Virus record (IMG/VR): IMGVR_UViG_3300045988_123080
DNA from: a virus
DNA: 64,000 nt
Direction: 5' to 3' (one strand)
Part shown: positions 26,119 to 35,418 of the stretch, piece after piece
Layout of the letters: every line of letters starts with the position of its first letter
How positions within the stretch are numbered: position 1 is the stretch's first letter
Position numbers and translations under genes: made by a program
The notes under the pieces: model-generated
Seen by the model: the letters and a program-made list of their open reading frames with translations, nothing else
Databases searched by the model: none
What the model was told of the DNA's origin: nothing

Positions 26119-26412
26119 ATGCAGAATACTCTTGAGTATACCGCTTATAATGGTATGAAATTTTACATTGTCTATATCGAAGCGCTTGAAAAGGAACCTG
26201 AAGAAGACTCTCCGATGATGTCTATTGTGTTTACTACGCATCCTGAGATTATTGCAGAAGCTAAAGCCGACGCGGAATGCAATGGTGGTGCTGTTCCGGT
26301 AGGGTGTAAAGACCTTCTGGTTGATAGTGTGGATAACATCACCCGTCAGTTGGATTATGTTGCTCATGCAGTTGAAACGGGTGATCCGTGGTATGAGTGT
26401 TTGAAAGTTTAA
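26119..26412 (+). CDS. hypothetical protein
   Basis: 97-aa ORF after AAGGAG SD. Confidence 0.45.
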   Translation: MQNTLEYTAYNGMKFYIVYIEALEKEPEEDSPMMSIVFTTHPEIIAEAKADAECNGGAVPVGCKDLLVDSVDNITRQLDYVAHAVETGDPWYECLKV

Positions 26413-26445
26413 TAAAAGAAAAGATTTAGAGAGGAATTTACATAT

Positions 26446-27594
26446 ATGGCTATGATTCGTAAGGCATCTGCTGTTCGTAAGAAGCTTCATATGCTGATTT
26501 ATGGTGAACAGGGAACTGGTAAATCTCGTACTGCTATGCAGCTGTGCTATCTGAAGAATGCAGACGGTAAGCCATTCCGTGTTCTGTATTTGGATACCGA
26601 GAATGGTTCTATTGATAATTACACCGAGGAACTGGAAGCTAATGGTGTGAATCCTGACAATCTGTTGATTGTTTACACCCAGTCTCTGGCAGAAGTTCAG
26701 GATTATATCAAAATGGTTACCAACGATGAGGACATCGAGGATGAGAATGGAGATGTTTATCTGGACGCAAATGGCAAGCCGTTCCGTGCAGACGCTTTGG
26801 TTGTTGACTCTGCATCTATTCTCAAGATGACAGCCACTCAGGGGCTCACCGCCTTCTCGCAGAAGCGTGCCAAGGTTAAGGCCGCATCTCAGGGTCTGAC
26901 TGGTGATGAAAAGGCAGTTAAGATTGAGGGTGCTGGCATGGAGCTCAAGGATTTCAATACCCTGAACTTCAAGGGTCAGTCTCTGATTTTGGATCTGAAT
27001 GCATCTGGTGTGAACTACATCGTTGTTTGCCGAGAGAAGGACGAGAAGCATACTAAGGTTGTGAATGGTTCTATCGTAAGTGAGCCTACTGGTCGTAAGA
27101 TTCCTGATGGGTTTGCTGGTCAGGAGTATAACGTTGATACGGAGTTCCGTCTGTATTTCCAAGATGGTCAGCAGCTCGCTTTCTTTGATAAGGATCGTAC
27201 TGGTATGCACAAGGGCGGTGAGGTTGTCGAGGATCTGACCCTGCTTGAGTATCAGGATATTATTTCTAGCAGTGCAAAGAATCGAGAGAACATTATCAAA
27301 AACGGTCTGAATGATGCTGTTAAAACTGAGGTTAAGTTGAGTATGCGTGACCTTGGCATCGAAAATGATGAGACGGATGATGTTCCAGTGCACAAGAATT
27401 CTGAATCTAAGGAACCTTCCATGGATGACATCAAGAAAAAGCTGAACGACCTGGTTGCCGCAGCTTCTCCTGTAAAGAGCAGTGCCGCACAAAAGGCTGT
27501 GCGGGCAGCAGGTCTGTCTACTGCGTTCCGTTCTATGACTGATATCGAGGAACTGAAGAAGGTTGCCGTAATCATGGAGAAGGAACTGGCTTAA
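26446..27594 (+). CDS. Sak4-like RecA-fold ATPase (AAA_24 family)
   Basis: LHMLIYGEQGTGKSRTAMQL Walker A typical of phage AAA_24/Sak4; 382 aa. Confidence 0.5.
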   Translation: MAMIRKASAVRKKLHMLIYGEQGTGKSRTAMQLCYLKNADGKPFRVLYLDTENGSIDNYTEELEANGVNPDNLLIVYTQSLAEVQDYIKMVTNDEDIEDENGDVYLDANGKPFRADALVVDSASILKMTATQGLTAFSQKRAKVKAASQGLTGDEKAVKIEGAGMELKDFNTLNFKGQSLILDLNASGVNYIVVCREKDEKHTKVVNGSIVSEPTGRKIPDGFAGQEYNVDTEFRLYFQDGQQLAFFDKDRTGMHKGGEVVEDLTLLEYQDIISSSAKNRENIIKNGLNDAVKTEVKLSMRDLGIENDETDDVPVHKNSESKEPSMDDIKKKLNDLVAAASPVKSSAAQKAVRAAGLSTAFRSMTDIEELKKVAVIMEKELA

Positions 27595-28286
27595 TGGAAC
27601 TTACCCGTAAATGTATGATTTGCGGGAAGAATATTTTCATCGAGCGAGACCGTAGCACGTTTTTCTACGACAAGACTGGTTTTTGTCATAAGGATTGTTT
27701 TGTAGAAAAAAAGAAAAATCAAAAACGCCCTTGGACAGATGACCTGCTAAGGGCATTTTTTGACAAAGCAAAACCCGCTACGGATAAAAAGGTCGATGAT
27801 CTTCTTTCCAAAAAGAGAGAACAAGACCACAATCGTGAGCTTGCACATATCAAACAGGAAGAAAAAAAGATTCTTTTCGACCATATTCGAGATACATACG
27901 CCCCGGCGGTTGTTCCTGGTAGCTTCTACTCGAAACTTACGCAGTTGATTTCCGGTAATTATTACAAATATAGAGGTTCTATTCCTCCGCTAGAACTCTA
28001 CGATATGTGGGTTCTAGCGAAACCCCGACTAGATAAGATAATTGCCGAGAAAGAAGCAAAGGGTTGCGATATGAGCCAGCGATGGAATTACGATTTGGCT
28101 ATTTTGCTGGCTCAATATCCTAGTTATCTCGAACGAAAAGAAAAACTAGCTTCGATTCGCAGTGAAAGCGAGGGCAAAACGAAGGAAAATTTGACTGAAA
28201 CGGTACTGAAACGGATGAAAACAGCACCGAAACAGAGTAAAAACGAGAATGAAATCGATATAAGTGCAATTCTCGATGAGATATAA
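27594..28286 (+). CDS. hypothetical Zn-finger protein
   Basis: N-terminal CMICGK...CHKDC; 230 aa, Lys-rich. Confidence 0.45.
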   Translation: MELTRKCMICGKNIFIERDRSTFFYDKTGFCHKDCFVEKKKNQKRPWTDDLLRAFFDKAKPATDKKVDDLLSKKREQDHNRELAHIKQEEKKILFDHIRDTYAPAVVPGSFYSKLTQLISGNYYKYRGSIPPLELYDMWVLAKPRLDKIIAEKEAKGCDMSQRWNYDLAILLAQYPSYLERKEKLASIRSESEGKTKENLTETVLKRMKTAPKQSKNENEIDISAILDEI

Positions 28287-28303
28287 AAGAGGGAGGTGGA
28301 TGA

Positions 28304-29827
28304 GTGGAACTCATTTCAAATATCCCGAACGAAATTCTATTTGTTGGCGCAATTTACAAGCATCCTGACTATTTGGTCGAGTATGGGCATTATGTCAAGA
28401 GCAAGTACGATTTTGCCGATGAAGCAACAAAATTTTTCTACGATGCAGCGCTAATTATTTATGAAACTCGGACTCAAGAATTTAATAAAACATCTGTTTT
28501 AACGTTTATGGCTGAAGACGAGTCCAGATTGTCCCAATACAAGCGGCTGAAGGGCTGGTCAACCATTGAATACTACATAAGCCTTGCGAATGACGATGAC
28601 ATCAAGGGGTACTTCAATATCCTGAAGAAATATTCTCTACTTCGTGAGTACCAGAGAAACGGATTTAACATTGAGGGAATCTTGAAGCATCGACAGTTTG
28701 AAATGTTTGGTGCTCAGGACATTTACAAATTGATTCGTGGCAAGGCAGACAAGATCAATACGGTTATCATCACAAACGATGATGCTGAGATTTTGAATAA
28801 TGGTCTGCTGCCAATGGTTAATGAACGTCTGAGTGTTCCTGATATGGGCTTGCCGTTCCAGTATCCTATCATGAATGATTTGTTCCGAGGATTGAAGCTG
28901 GGCACTGTGATGTTCAATGGTATGCCATCTAACGCTGGCAAGACTAGATACATGATGGCGATTGTTGCCTACGTTACATTGGTTCAAAAGCAGAAAGCTC
29001 TTCTGCTGCTGAACGAAATGGATCTTGAATCAGTCCGGTATTGCTTACTGGTCACCGCCATCAATAATCCTGAGTTTCAAGAGTTGCATGGTCATCGTTT
29101 CCATAAGGATGAGCGAGAGATCACTCTTGGAATGTACCGGGATGCAAACGGAAATTTCATCTTCCGAAAGCAAAACGAAGATGGAGAATACATAGAAAGC
29201 ATTGATGAGTTTACCGCTCGTGTCTACGAAGAAAGCGAAGAGTACCGCAATGTGCTTGATGTTTGCCAGTGGATTGAAAGCGAGTCACAAGGCTTGATTA
29301 TCGCAAAGGATGTTTCTGCTGATTATAGTGATAAGTCCCTGCGATTTGAAATCCAGAAGGCAGTTCTCACTCAGGGAGTTAAGTATGTGTTCTACGATAC
29401 TCTAAAGAACGACATTGCTTCGATTGGTGAGTGGGCAGCATTCAAGGTGACAGCAACCGAGCTTGAAGAGATTGCGAAAAATCTAAAGATCTTTATCTAT
29501 GGTAGTATCCAGTTGGCCGAAAACGCTCATGAGTATCTTCCTGATGAGTTGAATTCAAACAACATTGCTGAGTCAAAAATGATTAAGCATGTTGCTTGGA
29601 CAATGGTTCTGTTCAAGGAGATTCCAAAAGATAAGTTCGTGAAGTATCAATACATCTCTCATGACCCTGAGTGGGGCGGTGACTGTGCCCATCGGCTAAA
29701 TCCAGATAAGCGGTATTACGTTGGAAACATCGATAAGAACCGCTTTGGTGAGAAAAAGAAAATCATGTTTGAAGTGAATTTGAACCGGAATGTCTGGAAA
29801 GAGGTCGGTGTCTGCACCAGAAAGTAA
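28304..29827 (+). CDS. DnaB-like replicative DNA helicase
   Basis: RecA-like Walker A FNGMPSNAGKTRYMM resembling DnaB ARPSMGKT; 507 aa. Confidence 0.5.
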   Translation: MELISNIPNEILFVGAIYKHPDYLVEYGHYVKSKYDFADEATKFFYDAALIIYETRTQEFNKTSVLTFMAEDESRLSQYKRLKGWSTIEYYISLANDDDIKGYFNILKKYSLLREYQRNGFNIEGILKHRQFEMFGAQDIYKLIRGKADKINTVIITNDDAEILNNGLLPMVNERLSVPDMGLPFQYPIMNDLFRGLKLGTVMFNGMPSNAGKTRYMMAIVAYVTLVQKQKALLLLNEMDLESVRYCLLVTAINNPEFQELHGHRFHKDEREITLGMYRDANGNFIFRKQNEDGEYIESIDEFTARVYEESEEYRNVLDVCQWIESESQGLIIAKDVSADYSDKSLRFEIQKAVLTQGVKYVFYDTLKNDIASIGEWAAFKVTATELEEIAKNLKIFIYGSIQLAENAHEYLPDELNSNNIAESKMIKHVAWTMVLFKEIPKDKFVKYQYISHDPEWGGDCAHRLNPDKRYYVGNIDKNRFGEKKKIMFEVNLNRNVWKEVGVCTRK

Positions 29828-29836
29828 GGAACTACA

Positions 29837-30859
29837 ATGGTAAATATCGCAGATCTGAAAAATTACATTCTTGAAGAACAGCAGATTGAACCGATTCTGG
29901 AGGAACTTGGTTGTCATCATATCAGTCACAAGACTGGTTATTACCAGTGTACAAATCCAGATGGTGACAATAGAACGGCACTCTGTATCTACGAGAATGA
30001 AAATCTTACTGCGGTAGATTACACACGAGATATTGCCAATGGAAAGACCAGTTATGATTTGATTTCTGTCGTCCAGTTCTTTCTGGAACTGTCTTTCCCA
30101 AAAGCTATCAAGCAAATCTGCGAATGGGTTGGTCTTGACTACTATCACAACTTCGAGGAAGACCTTCCTAAAAGTATGTTGATTCTAAAAGAGCTCATTG
30201 CCATGCAAAATGAAAGTGAAGAACACGAGGATGATCGTCCGATAGTCCCCATCTCCGAAGCCATCCTCGGTTATTACAAACCTTATGTGAACCAGATTTT
30301 TGCTGACGATGGGATATCTTATGAGACGCAGCAGGAGTTTGAAATTGGTTTTGATGAACTGACAAATAGAATCACGATTCCAATCAGAGATGAAATTGGC
30401 ACTCTGGTTGGTGTAAAGGGAAGATACTTTGGTAAGCCGCCTGAAGGCGAGATGAAGTACAAGTATATTGAGCCGTGTGCCAGAAACCGCATTCTATATG
30501 GTCTGTATAAGACAGAGCCGTATATCAAGAATGAAGGTCTGGTATATGTTGGTGAGGCCGAAAAGTCTGTCATGCAGATGTGGAACATGGATGTCTGCAA
30601 CTGTGTGGCGACTGGCGGTAAGAAGGTTTCACAGAATCAAATTGAAATTTTAACACGTCTTTGCGTTGATATTTGTTTTGTCTTTGATAAAGACGTTCAG
30701 CTTAGTGAGCTTATGGTTCTTGCTAATCGATTTGTCGATGGCGTAAGTGTGTATGCTGTAGTAGATGATAAAGGGATTCTGGATGAAAAGGAAGCCCCGA
30801 CTGACAATCCCGAAAAATTTAAGGCATTGATTGAGAACTGCGTTAGGAGAATTAAATGA
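29837..30859 (+). CDS. DnaG-like DNA primase (Zn-binding + Toprim)
   Basis: CHH...C Zn region; Toprim Glu LVYVGEAEKSV and acidic FVFDKD motif. Confidence 0.5.
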   Translation: MVNIADLKNYILEEQQIEPILEELGCHHISHKTGYYQCTNPDGDNRTALCIYENENLTAVDYTRDIANGKTSYDLISVVQFFLELSFPKAIKQICEWVGLDYYHNFEEDLPKSMLILKELIAMQNESEEHEDDRPIVPISEAILGYYKPYVNQIFADDGISYETQQEFEIGFDELTNRITIPIRDEIGTLVGVKGRYFGKPPEGEMKYKYIEPCARNRILYGLYKTEPYIKNEGLVYVGEAEKSVMQMWNMDVCNCVATGGKKVSQNQIEILTRLCVDICFVFDKDVQLSELMVLANRFVDGVSVYAVVDDKGILDEKEAPTDNPEKFKALIENCVRRIK

Positions 30860-32580
30860 ATGTAAAACTCTGGAAGGGAAGTAGGAACGACCTATCAGAC
30901 CCTATTAGAACGATTATGGAGAATAGAGGGGTCGAGGATTATAAGACCTACATGAACCTAGATGATTCTTGTCTGAATTCTCCGTGGGAACTGGACAACA
31001 TGGAAGATGCTGTCAGGCTGTTGAATAAACATATCTGGAATAAGTCTATTATCTCTATCCTTGTAGACTGTGATGTGGATGGATTCACAAGTGCTTCAAT
31101 GATGTTTCAGTATTTGAAGACGATTGGTTATTTTGGAAAAATCAATGTTCTGCATCATAGTGGTAAGGAACATGGACTCTCTAAAGAAATCGAGGTTCCA
31201 CCTGAAACTACTCTGCTGATTATTCCTGACGCTGGCAGCAACGACGTTGAACAGTGCAAGGAACTCCGTGAAAATGGCATCGATATTCTGATTCTTGACC
31301 ATCACATCTGCGACAGAGAGAATCCATACGCAGTAATTGTCAACAACCAGAATGGTACATATCCTAACAAGGAACTGTCCGGTGCGGGTGTTGTGTATAA
31401 GTTCCTTCAGGCTGTTGATGAGGATAATTGGACTGATGTTGCAGACCGGTATCTTGATCTGGTGGCTGTCGGAAACATTGGTGATGTCATGGATATGCAC
31501 TCGTATGAAACGAAGCGCCTTTGCACGAAAGGTCTGGCACGTATTGTGAATCCGATGATTTGTGCTCTAGTTGAAGCAAATAGCTTCAATATTAAGGGTG
31601 ATCCGACTATCAATGATGTTCAGTTCTATGTTGTTCCGATGATGAACGCACTGATTCGTGTTGGCTCATCTGAACAAAAGAAGCGGATGTTCCGTGCAAT
31701 GGTCGGTGAAGAACAGACTTTCCAGTACACTCCGACTCGTGGTAAGAATGCTGGTGTCACGATTGATGAAACTCTGGCGCAGCATGTGGCTCGTGAGTGT
31801 TCCTCTTGCAAGTATCAGCAGAATAAAATCAAGGACAAGGCTGTTGGAGAGCTCCAGAAGTTGATTGAAAAGCACGGTGCAGACCAGAATAAGATTCTTT
31901 TCTGTAACTCCACAGGTATTCTTGATAACACTCTGACCGGTGTTGTAGCAATCAAGCTGGCTGAAATGTACGCAAAACCGTGTGTGTTGCTTCGTACTTT
32001 TACTGATGAGCCGGACTATTATGGTGGCTCGATGAGAAATCCTGATGGTTCTCCGATTGAAAGCCTAAAGGAATTCTTGATGAGCACCGGAGATTTTGAA
32101 TCGGTTCTTGGTCACGACAATGCTGCTGGTGTAAAAATCAAGAAAGAAAACGTGCCAAAGGCTATTGCAGACTGTGATGAGCTACTTAAAGATGTCACGA
32201 TGAGTAAGGCGATCGTGGTTGACTTTGATTTTGATTATAATAAATTGAACGTTGCATTGCCGAAAACAATGTACGAGATGCACAAAGTCTGGGCGCAGGG
32301 TATTTCTGAGCCGTATTTCTATATTAGAAACATTCCGCTTGTTCATAGTGGGTGTGCTCCGATGGGCAAAAACGGTAATATGTGGAAGTATTCTGATGAA
32401 GAAAAAGGCATTGATTTTGTGTGCTTTGCGGATAATGACCGGATGCTTGGTTGGATCAATAATGATTTCTATGGTGGTCGGGAAGAGAAATACATCAATG
32501 CGGTATGCCGGTTGTCCCTAAATCAGTATGGGAACAAGGTTACACCGCAGGCACAGATTGTTGATTTTGAGGTGATTTGA
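30856..32580 (+). CDS. RecJ-like DHH-family ssDNA exonuclease
   Basis: DHH motifs VDCDVDGFTS, IPDAGSND, ILILDHHI and DHHA1-like GHDNAAG. Confidence 0.6.
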   Translation: MNVKLWKGSRNDLSDPIRTIMENRGVEDYKTYMNLDDSCLNSPWELDNMEDAVRLLNKHIWNKSIISILVDCDVDGFTSASMMFQYLKTIGYFGKINVLHHSGKEHGLSKEIEVPPETTLLIIPDAGSNDVEQCKELRENGIDILILDHHICDRENPYAVIVNNQNGTYPNKELSGAGVVYKFLQAVDEDNWTDVADRYLDLVAVGNIGDVMDMHSYETKRLCTKGLARIVNPMICALVEANSFNIKGDPTINDVQFYVVPMMNALIRVGSSEQKKRMFRAMVGEEQTFQYTPTRGKNAGVTIDETLAQHVARECSSCKYQQNKIKDKAVGELQKLIEKHGADQNKILFCNSTGILDNTLTGVVAIKLAEMYAKPCVLLRTFTDEPDYYGGSMRNPDGSPIESLKEFLMSTGDFESVLGHDNAAGVKIKKENVPKAIADCDELLKDVTMSKAIVVDFDFDYNKLNVALPKTMYEMHKVWAQGISEPYFYIRNIPLVHSGCAPMGKNGNMWKYSDEEKGIDFVCFADNDRMLGWINNDFYGGREEKYINAVCRLSLNQYGNKVTPQAQIVDFEVI

Positions 32581-33398
32581 TGAGAGAAGCGATCTGCGTA
32601 CATTTATACGGAGACGGTTCAAGAAATAATAGACTTAGAGCAGAGTACATCTATTGCGATAGGGCAAATGAATGCTCTGCATATAAGCAGGGAAGATGTC
32701 TTTGTGTTACATATCCATTTTCCAGTCGTTGCCCAGTTGGGAATGTTGAAAGTGTTGATGGTGGAACGAAACGCTCAAAGATGTTTACAAGGGTAAAAGA
32801 CTGTGCAAAGTCAGCCCCTTATTACGGAGCACTTCGGTACTCAAGTAATTTGAAAATTGTTCGCATCGGAGATGATGCGGTTCTATCATTAAGCTATGTG
32901 AGCTTAAAAATCGAAAATGGCGATTTGAAAGTTGATGGCCCTTGGGAAAGTGGCAGCAAAATACTTTTTATCCCGATGGAAATTCTTACGGCTGATAATA
33001 TTTTGAAAGTTTGCGAGTGTAAGCCGATGGCTCTTATGGGTGGAGAAATTGAGTCGTACCAAAAGGACGAAGTTCCAATGTTTTTGAGACAACTTCGGAA
33101 ATTATTCCCAGAAATCTATACAGAGCTTATAGTAAAGTCTCCGGTTCAAGAGAACAAAATGCCACATTTTGTTGGAAAGCGAGCAAAATTGCTTACGCTT
33201 AAACCGAATTGCAAATATAAAACGAGATATGGTAGTTTCTTCTTTGATGGAAAGTACGCATATTTCGATAATTACGATACTGATTTTAAGCCGTTCTTGA
33301 AATGTGGGAATATGAGCGCGAAGGTAGAGATCACAAACGATACAGTGGTTACGGTGTCCGACAATGAACAGGTATTGGAAATGACAGAGTTTGTATGA
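32577..33398 (+). CDS. hypothetical protein
   Basis: 273-aa ORF overlapping previous stop; Cys-rich N-terminus. Confidence 0.45.
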   Translation: MMREAICVHLYGDGSRNNRLRAEYIYCDRANECSAYKQGRCLCVTYPFSSRCPVGNVESVDGGTKRSKMFTRVKDCAKSAPYYGALRYSSNLKIVRIGDDAVLSLSYVSLKIENGDLKVDGPWESGSKILFIPMEILTADNILKVCECKPMALMGGEIESYQKDEVPMFLRQLRKLFPEIYTELIVKSPVQENKMPHFVGKRAKLLTLKPNCKYKTRYGSFFFDGKYAYFDNYDTDFKPFLKCGNMSAKVEITNDTVVTVSDNEQVLEMTEFV

Positions 33399-33409
33399 GG
33401 TGATTTGAT

Positions 33410-33751
33410 ATGGGGAATTGGAAACGTGCTATCGCCATCGATTTTGATGGCACTCTCTGTGAGAATAATTATCCTGATATCGGTGAGCCAAACTGGAATA
33501 TCATTTATCAAGCAATCCAGGAACAGAAGCACGGTGCTGGGTTGATTCTCTGGACTTGCCGGGAAGGAAAGCTTCTGTATGATGCGATGGAAGCTTGTTT
33601 TGATTGGGGAATCCAGTTTGATGCCATCAATGAAAGTCTTCCTGAGTGGAAAGAGCATTTTGGTACTGCACCTAGAAAGGTCGGTGCTGATGAATATTGG
33701 GATGATAAGGCCAGAACTGTAAAGAATGGAGAGTTGGTTGACAATGACTAA
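33410..33751 (+). CDS. small HAD-superfamily phosphatase-like protein
   Basis: IAIDFDGTL (HAD motif I DxDGT) near N-terminus; 113 aa. Confidence 0.45.
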   Translation: MGNWKRAIAIDFDGTLCENNYPDIGEPNWNIIYQAIQEQKHGAGLILWTCREGKLLYDAMEACFDWGIQFDAINESLPEWKEHFGTAPRKVGADEYWDDKARTVKNGELVDND

Positions 33752-34049
33752 TGCGAATAATTACGTTTTATCATTAAATCTATTGGATGGTGTACATCAA
33801 TCACTCTGGAATGCTCTTAAAAGCTTGGAATTGTTTCGACAAGGAACTGCGTTTAATCAGGTTTTGAATGATGATACGCATATTATTGAACCGGATGAAT
33901 TGACTTATGTTCTTGATAAATTTGCAGAACAGCATCCTGATTGGAAAATCTGTATTGAAACTGACCATGGGACGGTTAGTGAAAAACTCAAAATGAATCA
34001 TAATTTCTACGAAGGAATGGGTAATATGATTGTCCTTGATTTTGAATGA
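33726..34049 (+). CDS. hypothetical protein
   Basis: probable start ATG 33744. Confidence 0.4.
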   Translation: MESWLTMTNANNYVLSLNLLDGVHQSLWNALKSLELFRQGTAFNQVLNDDTHIIEPDELTYVLDKFAEQHPDWKICIETDHGTVSEKLKMNHNFYEGMGNMIVLDFE

Positions 34050-34300
34050 AGATGACAAAACGACAATATAGACATAACAGAATTGATTATCGCACATATA
34101 ATTACACACTCAAGAAATATCACAACTTACACAGAGAAATCTACGCTAAAAATGCAAGAGATGCAGTTAAAATGCTAAGAAGTAAAGAATGTAATCGTGA
34201 GTTTGAGATTGTTAAAGTCTGGTTTGTTGATATTTTTGGTGATAGAAACGATAGATTTTATCCACGAACTTATGTGATTGACAAAGAAGATTATGAGTGA
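34046..34300 (+). CDS. hypothetical basic protein
   Basis: 84-aa ORF. Confidence 0.4.
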   Translation: MKMTKRQYRHNRIDYRTYNYTLKKYHNLHREIYAKNARDAVKMLRSKECNREFEIVKVWFVDIFGDRNDRFYPRTYVIDKEDYE

Positions 34301-34312
34301 GGTGAGGACGCA

Positions 34313-35077
34313 ATGGCGGTATACATCACGGGTGATATTCATGGTGATTTTAATCGGTTTTTAGAATTGGAAAAGTTTTGCCATGAACACAATCTTGGAA
34401 AGAATGACTGGATTGTCTGCCTTGGCGATGTCGGTTTGAACTACTACGGTAAGGATGATCCTCGTGAATGGAGTATCAAGACTATCGCCGCAGATATTCC
34501 TGCGAATCTGTTTTGTATTCATGGCAACCACGAACGCCGCCCGTCTCGTAAGGATGGTTATAGAACAAAGGAAATCAGTGGAGATATTTGTAGTAAGGTG
34601 TGGCATGACTCACATTATCCCAATCAGTATTTCGCTATTGATGGTGAGGTTTACCAGATTCTTTCCGGCGTAGAGATGTTGAATTGTCTTGTTTGTGGTG
34701 GAGCTTATTCTGTGGATAAGTATTATCGACTAGAGTGGGGATATAATTGGTGGACGGATGAGCAGCCGAATGAGAAGACTAAGAAAAAGATCTGGAATAT
34801 TACACATGACCATCAAATCGATGATATTGATGTTATGCTCACGCATACCTGTCCATTCCGGTTCATTCCAACTGAATTGTTTATCGGTGGTATTGATCAA
34901 AGCACAGTGGATCAGTCAACTGAAATATTCTTTGATAATATATACGAATGTTATCCTAACGATTGTAAACCGTTCTGGTATTTTGGTCACTTCCATGGAA
35001 ATAAATACACTGATGACTATGTGATGCTTTTTGATGACATTATTAAGTTTGGAGACAAGGTGAAGAGTGATGGTTAA
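34313..35077 (+). CDS. calcineurin-like metallophosphoesterase
   Basis: GDIHGD, LGDVGLNY, IHGNHE motifs. Confidence 0.65.
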   Translation: MAVYITGDIHGDFNRFLELEKFCHEHNLGKNDWIVCLGDVGLNYYGKDDPREWSIKTIAADIPANLFCIHGNHERRPSRKDGYRTKEISGDICSKVWHDSHYPNQYFAIDGEVYQILSGVEMLNCLVCGGAYSVDKYYRLEWGYNWWTDEQPNEKTKKKIWNITHDHQIDDIDVMLTHTCPFRFIPTELFIGGIDQSTVDQSTEIFFDNIYECYPNDCKPFWYFGHFHGNKYTDDYVMLFDDIIKFGDKVKSDG

Positions 35078-35400
35078 AGATAGAAATAAAGGTCTGCGAG
35101 TCCTTGATTATATCGACGAGAATGAAATTTTAGCGCAGTTGTCAGAAGAGGCTTCTGAAGTTGCAAAGGCGGCATTAAAGCTTCGCCGGGCTCGTGATAG
35201 AAAAGAACCCTACACCAGTAAGTATTCGTGAAGCGTGGGCTGATTTGAATGAAGAATATGGCGATGTACTCAATTGCCTATATGCGTTGTTTGATGACGA
35301 CGATGACCGTATTTATGATTTTTTTTGAACACGCAAATATTACTGCCGATGAAAAGCGCAAGCGTTGGATTAAGCGCCTGAAGGAACGTAATCAGTTTTA
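35069..35400 (+). pseudogene. MazG-like NTP pyrophosphohydrolase split into three frames
   Basis: segments ...LAQLSEEASEVAKAALKL..., IREAWADLNEEYGDVLNCLYALFDD..., NITADEKRKRWIKRLKERNQF in three frames; second break at T8 homopolymer ~35318-35325. Confidence 0.4.
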
Positions 35401-35418
35401 ATGGTGGAAGGAGAATAG

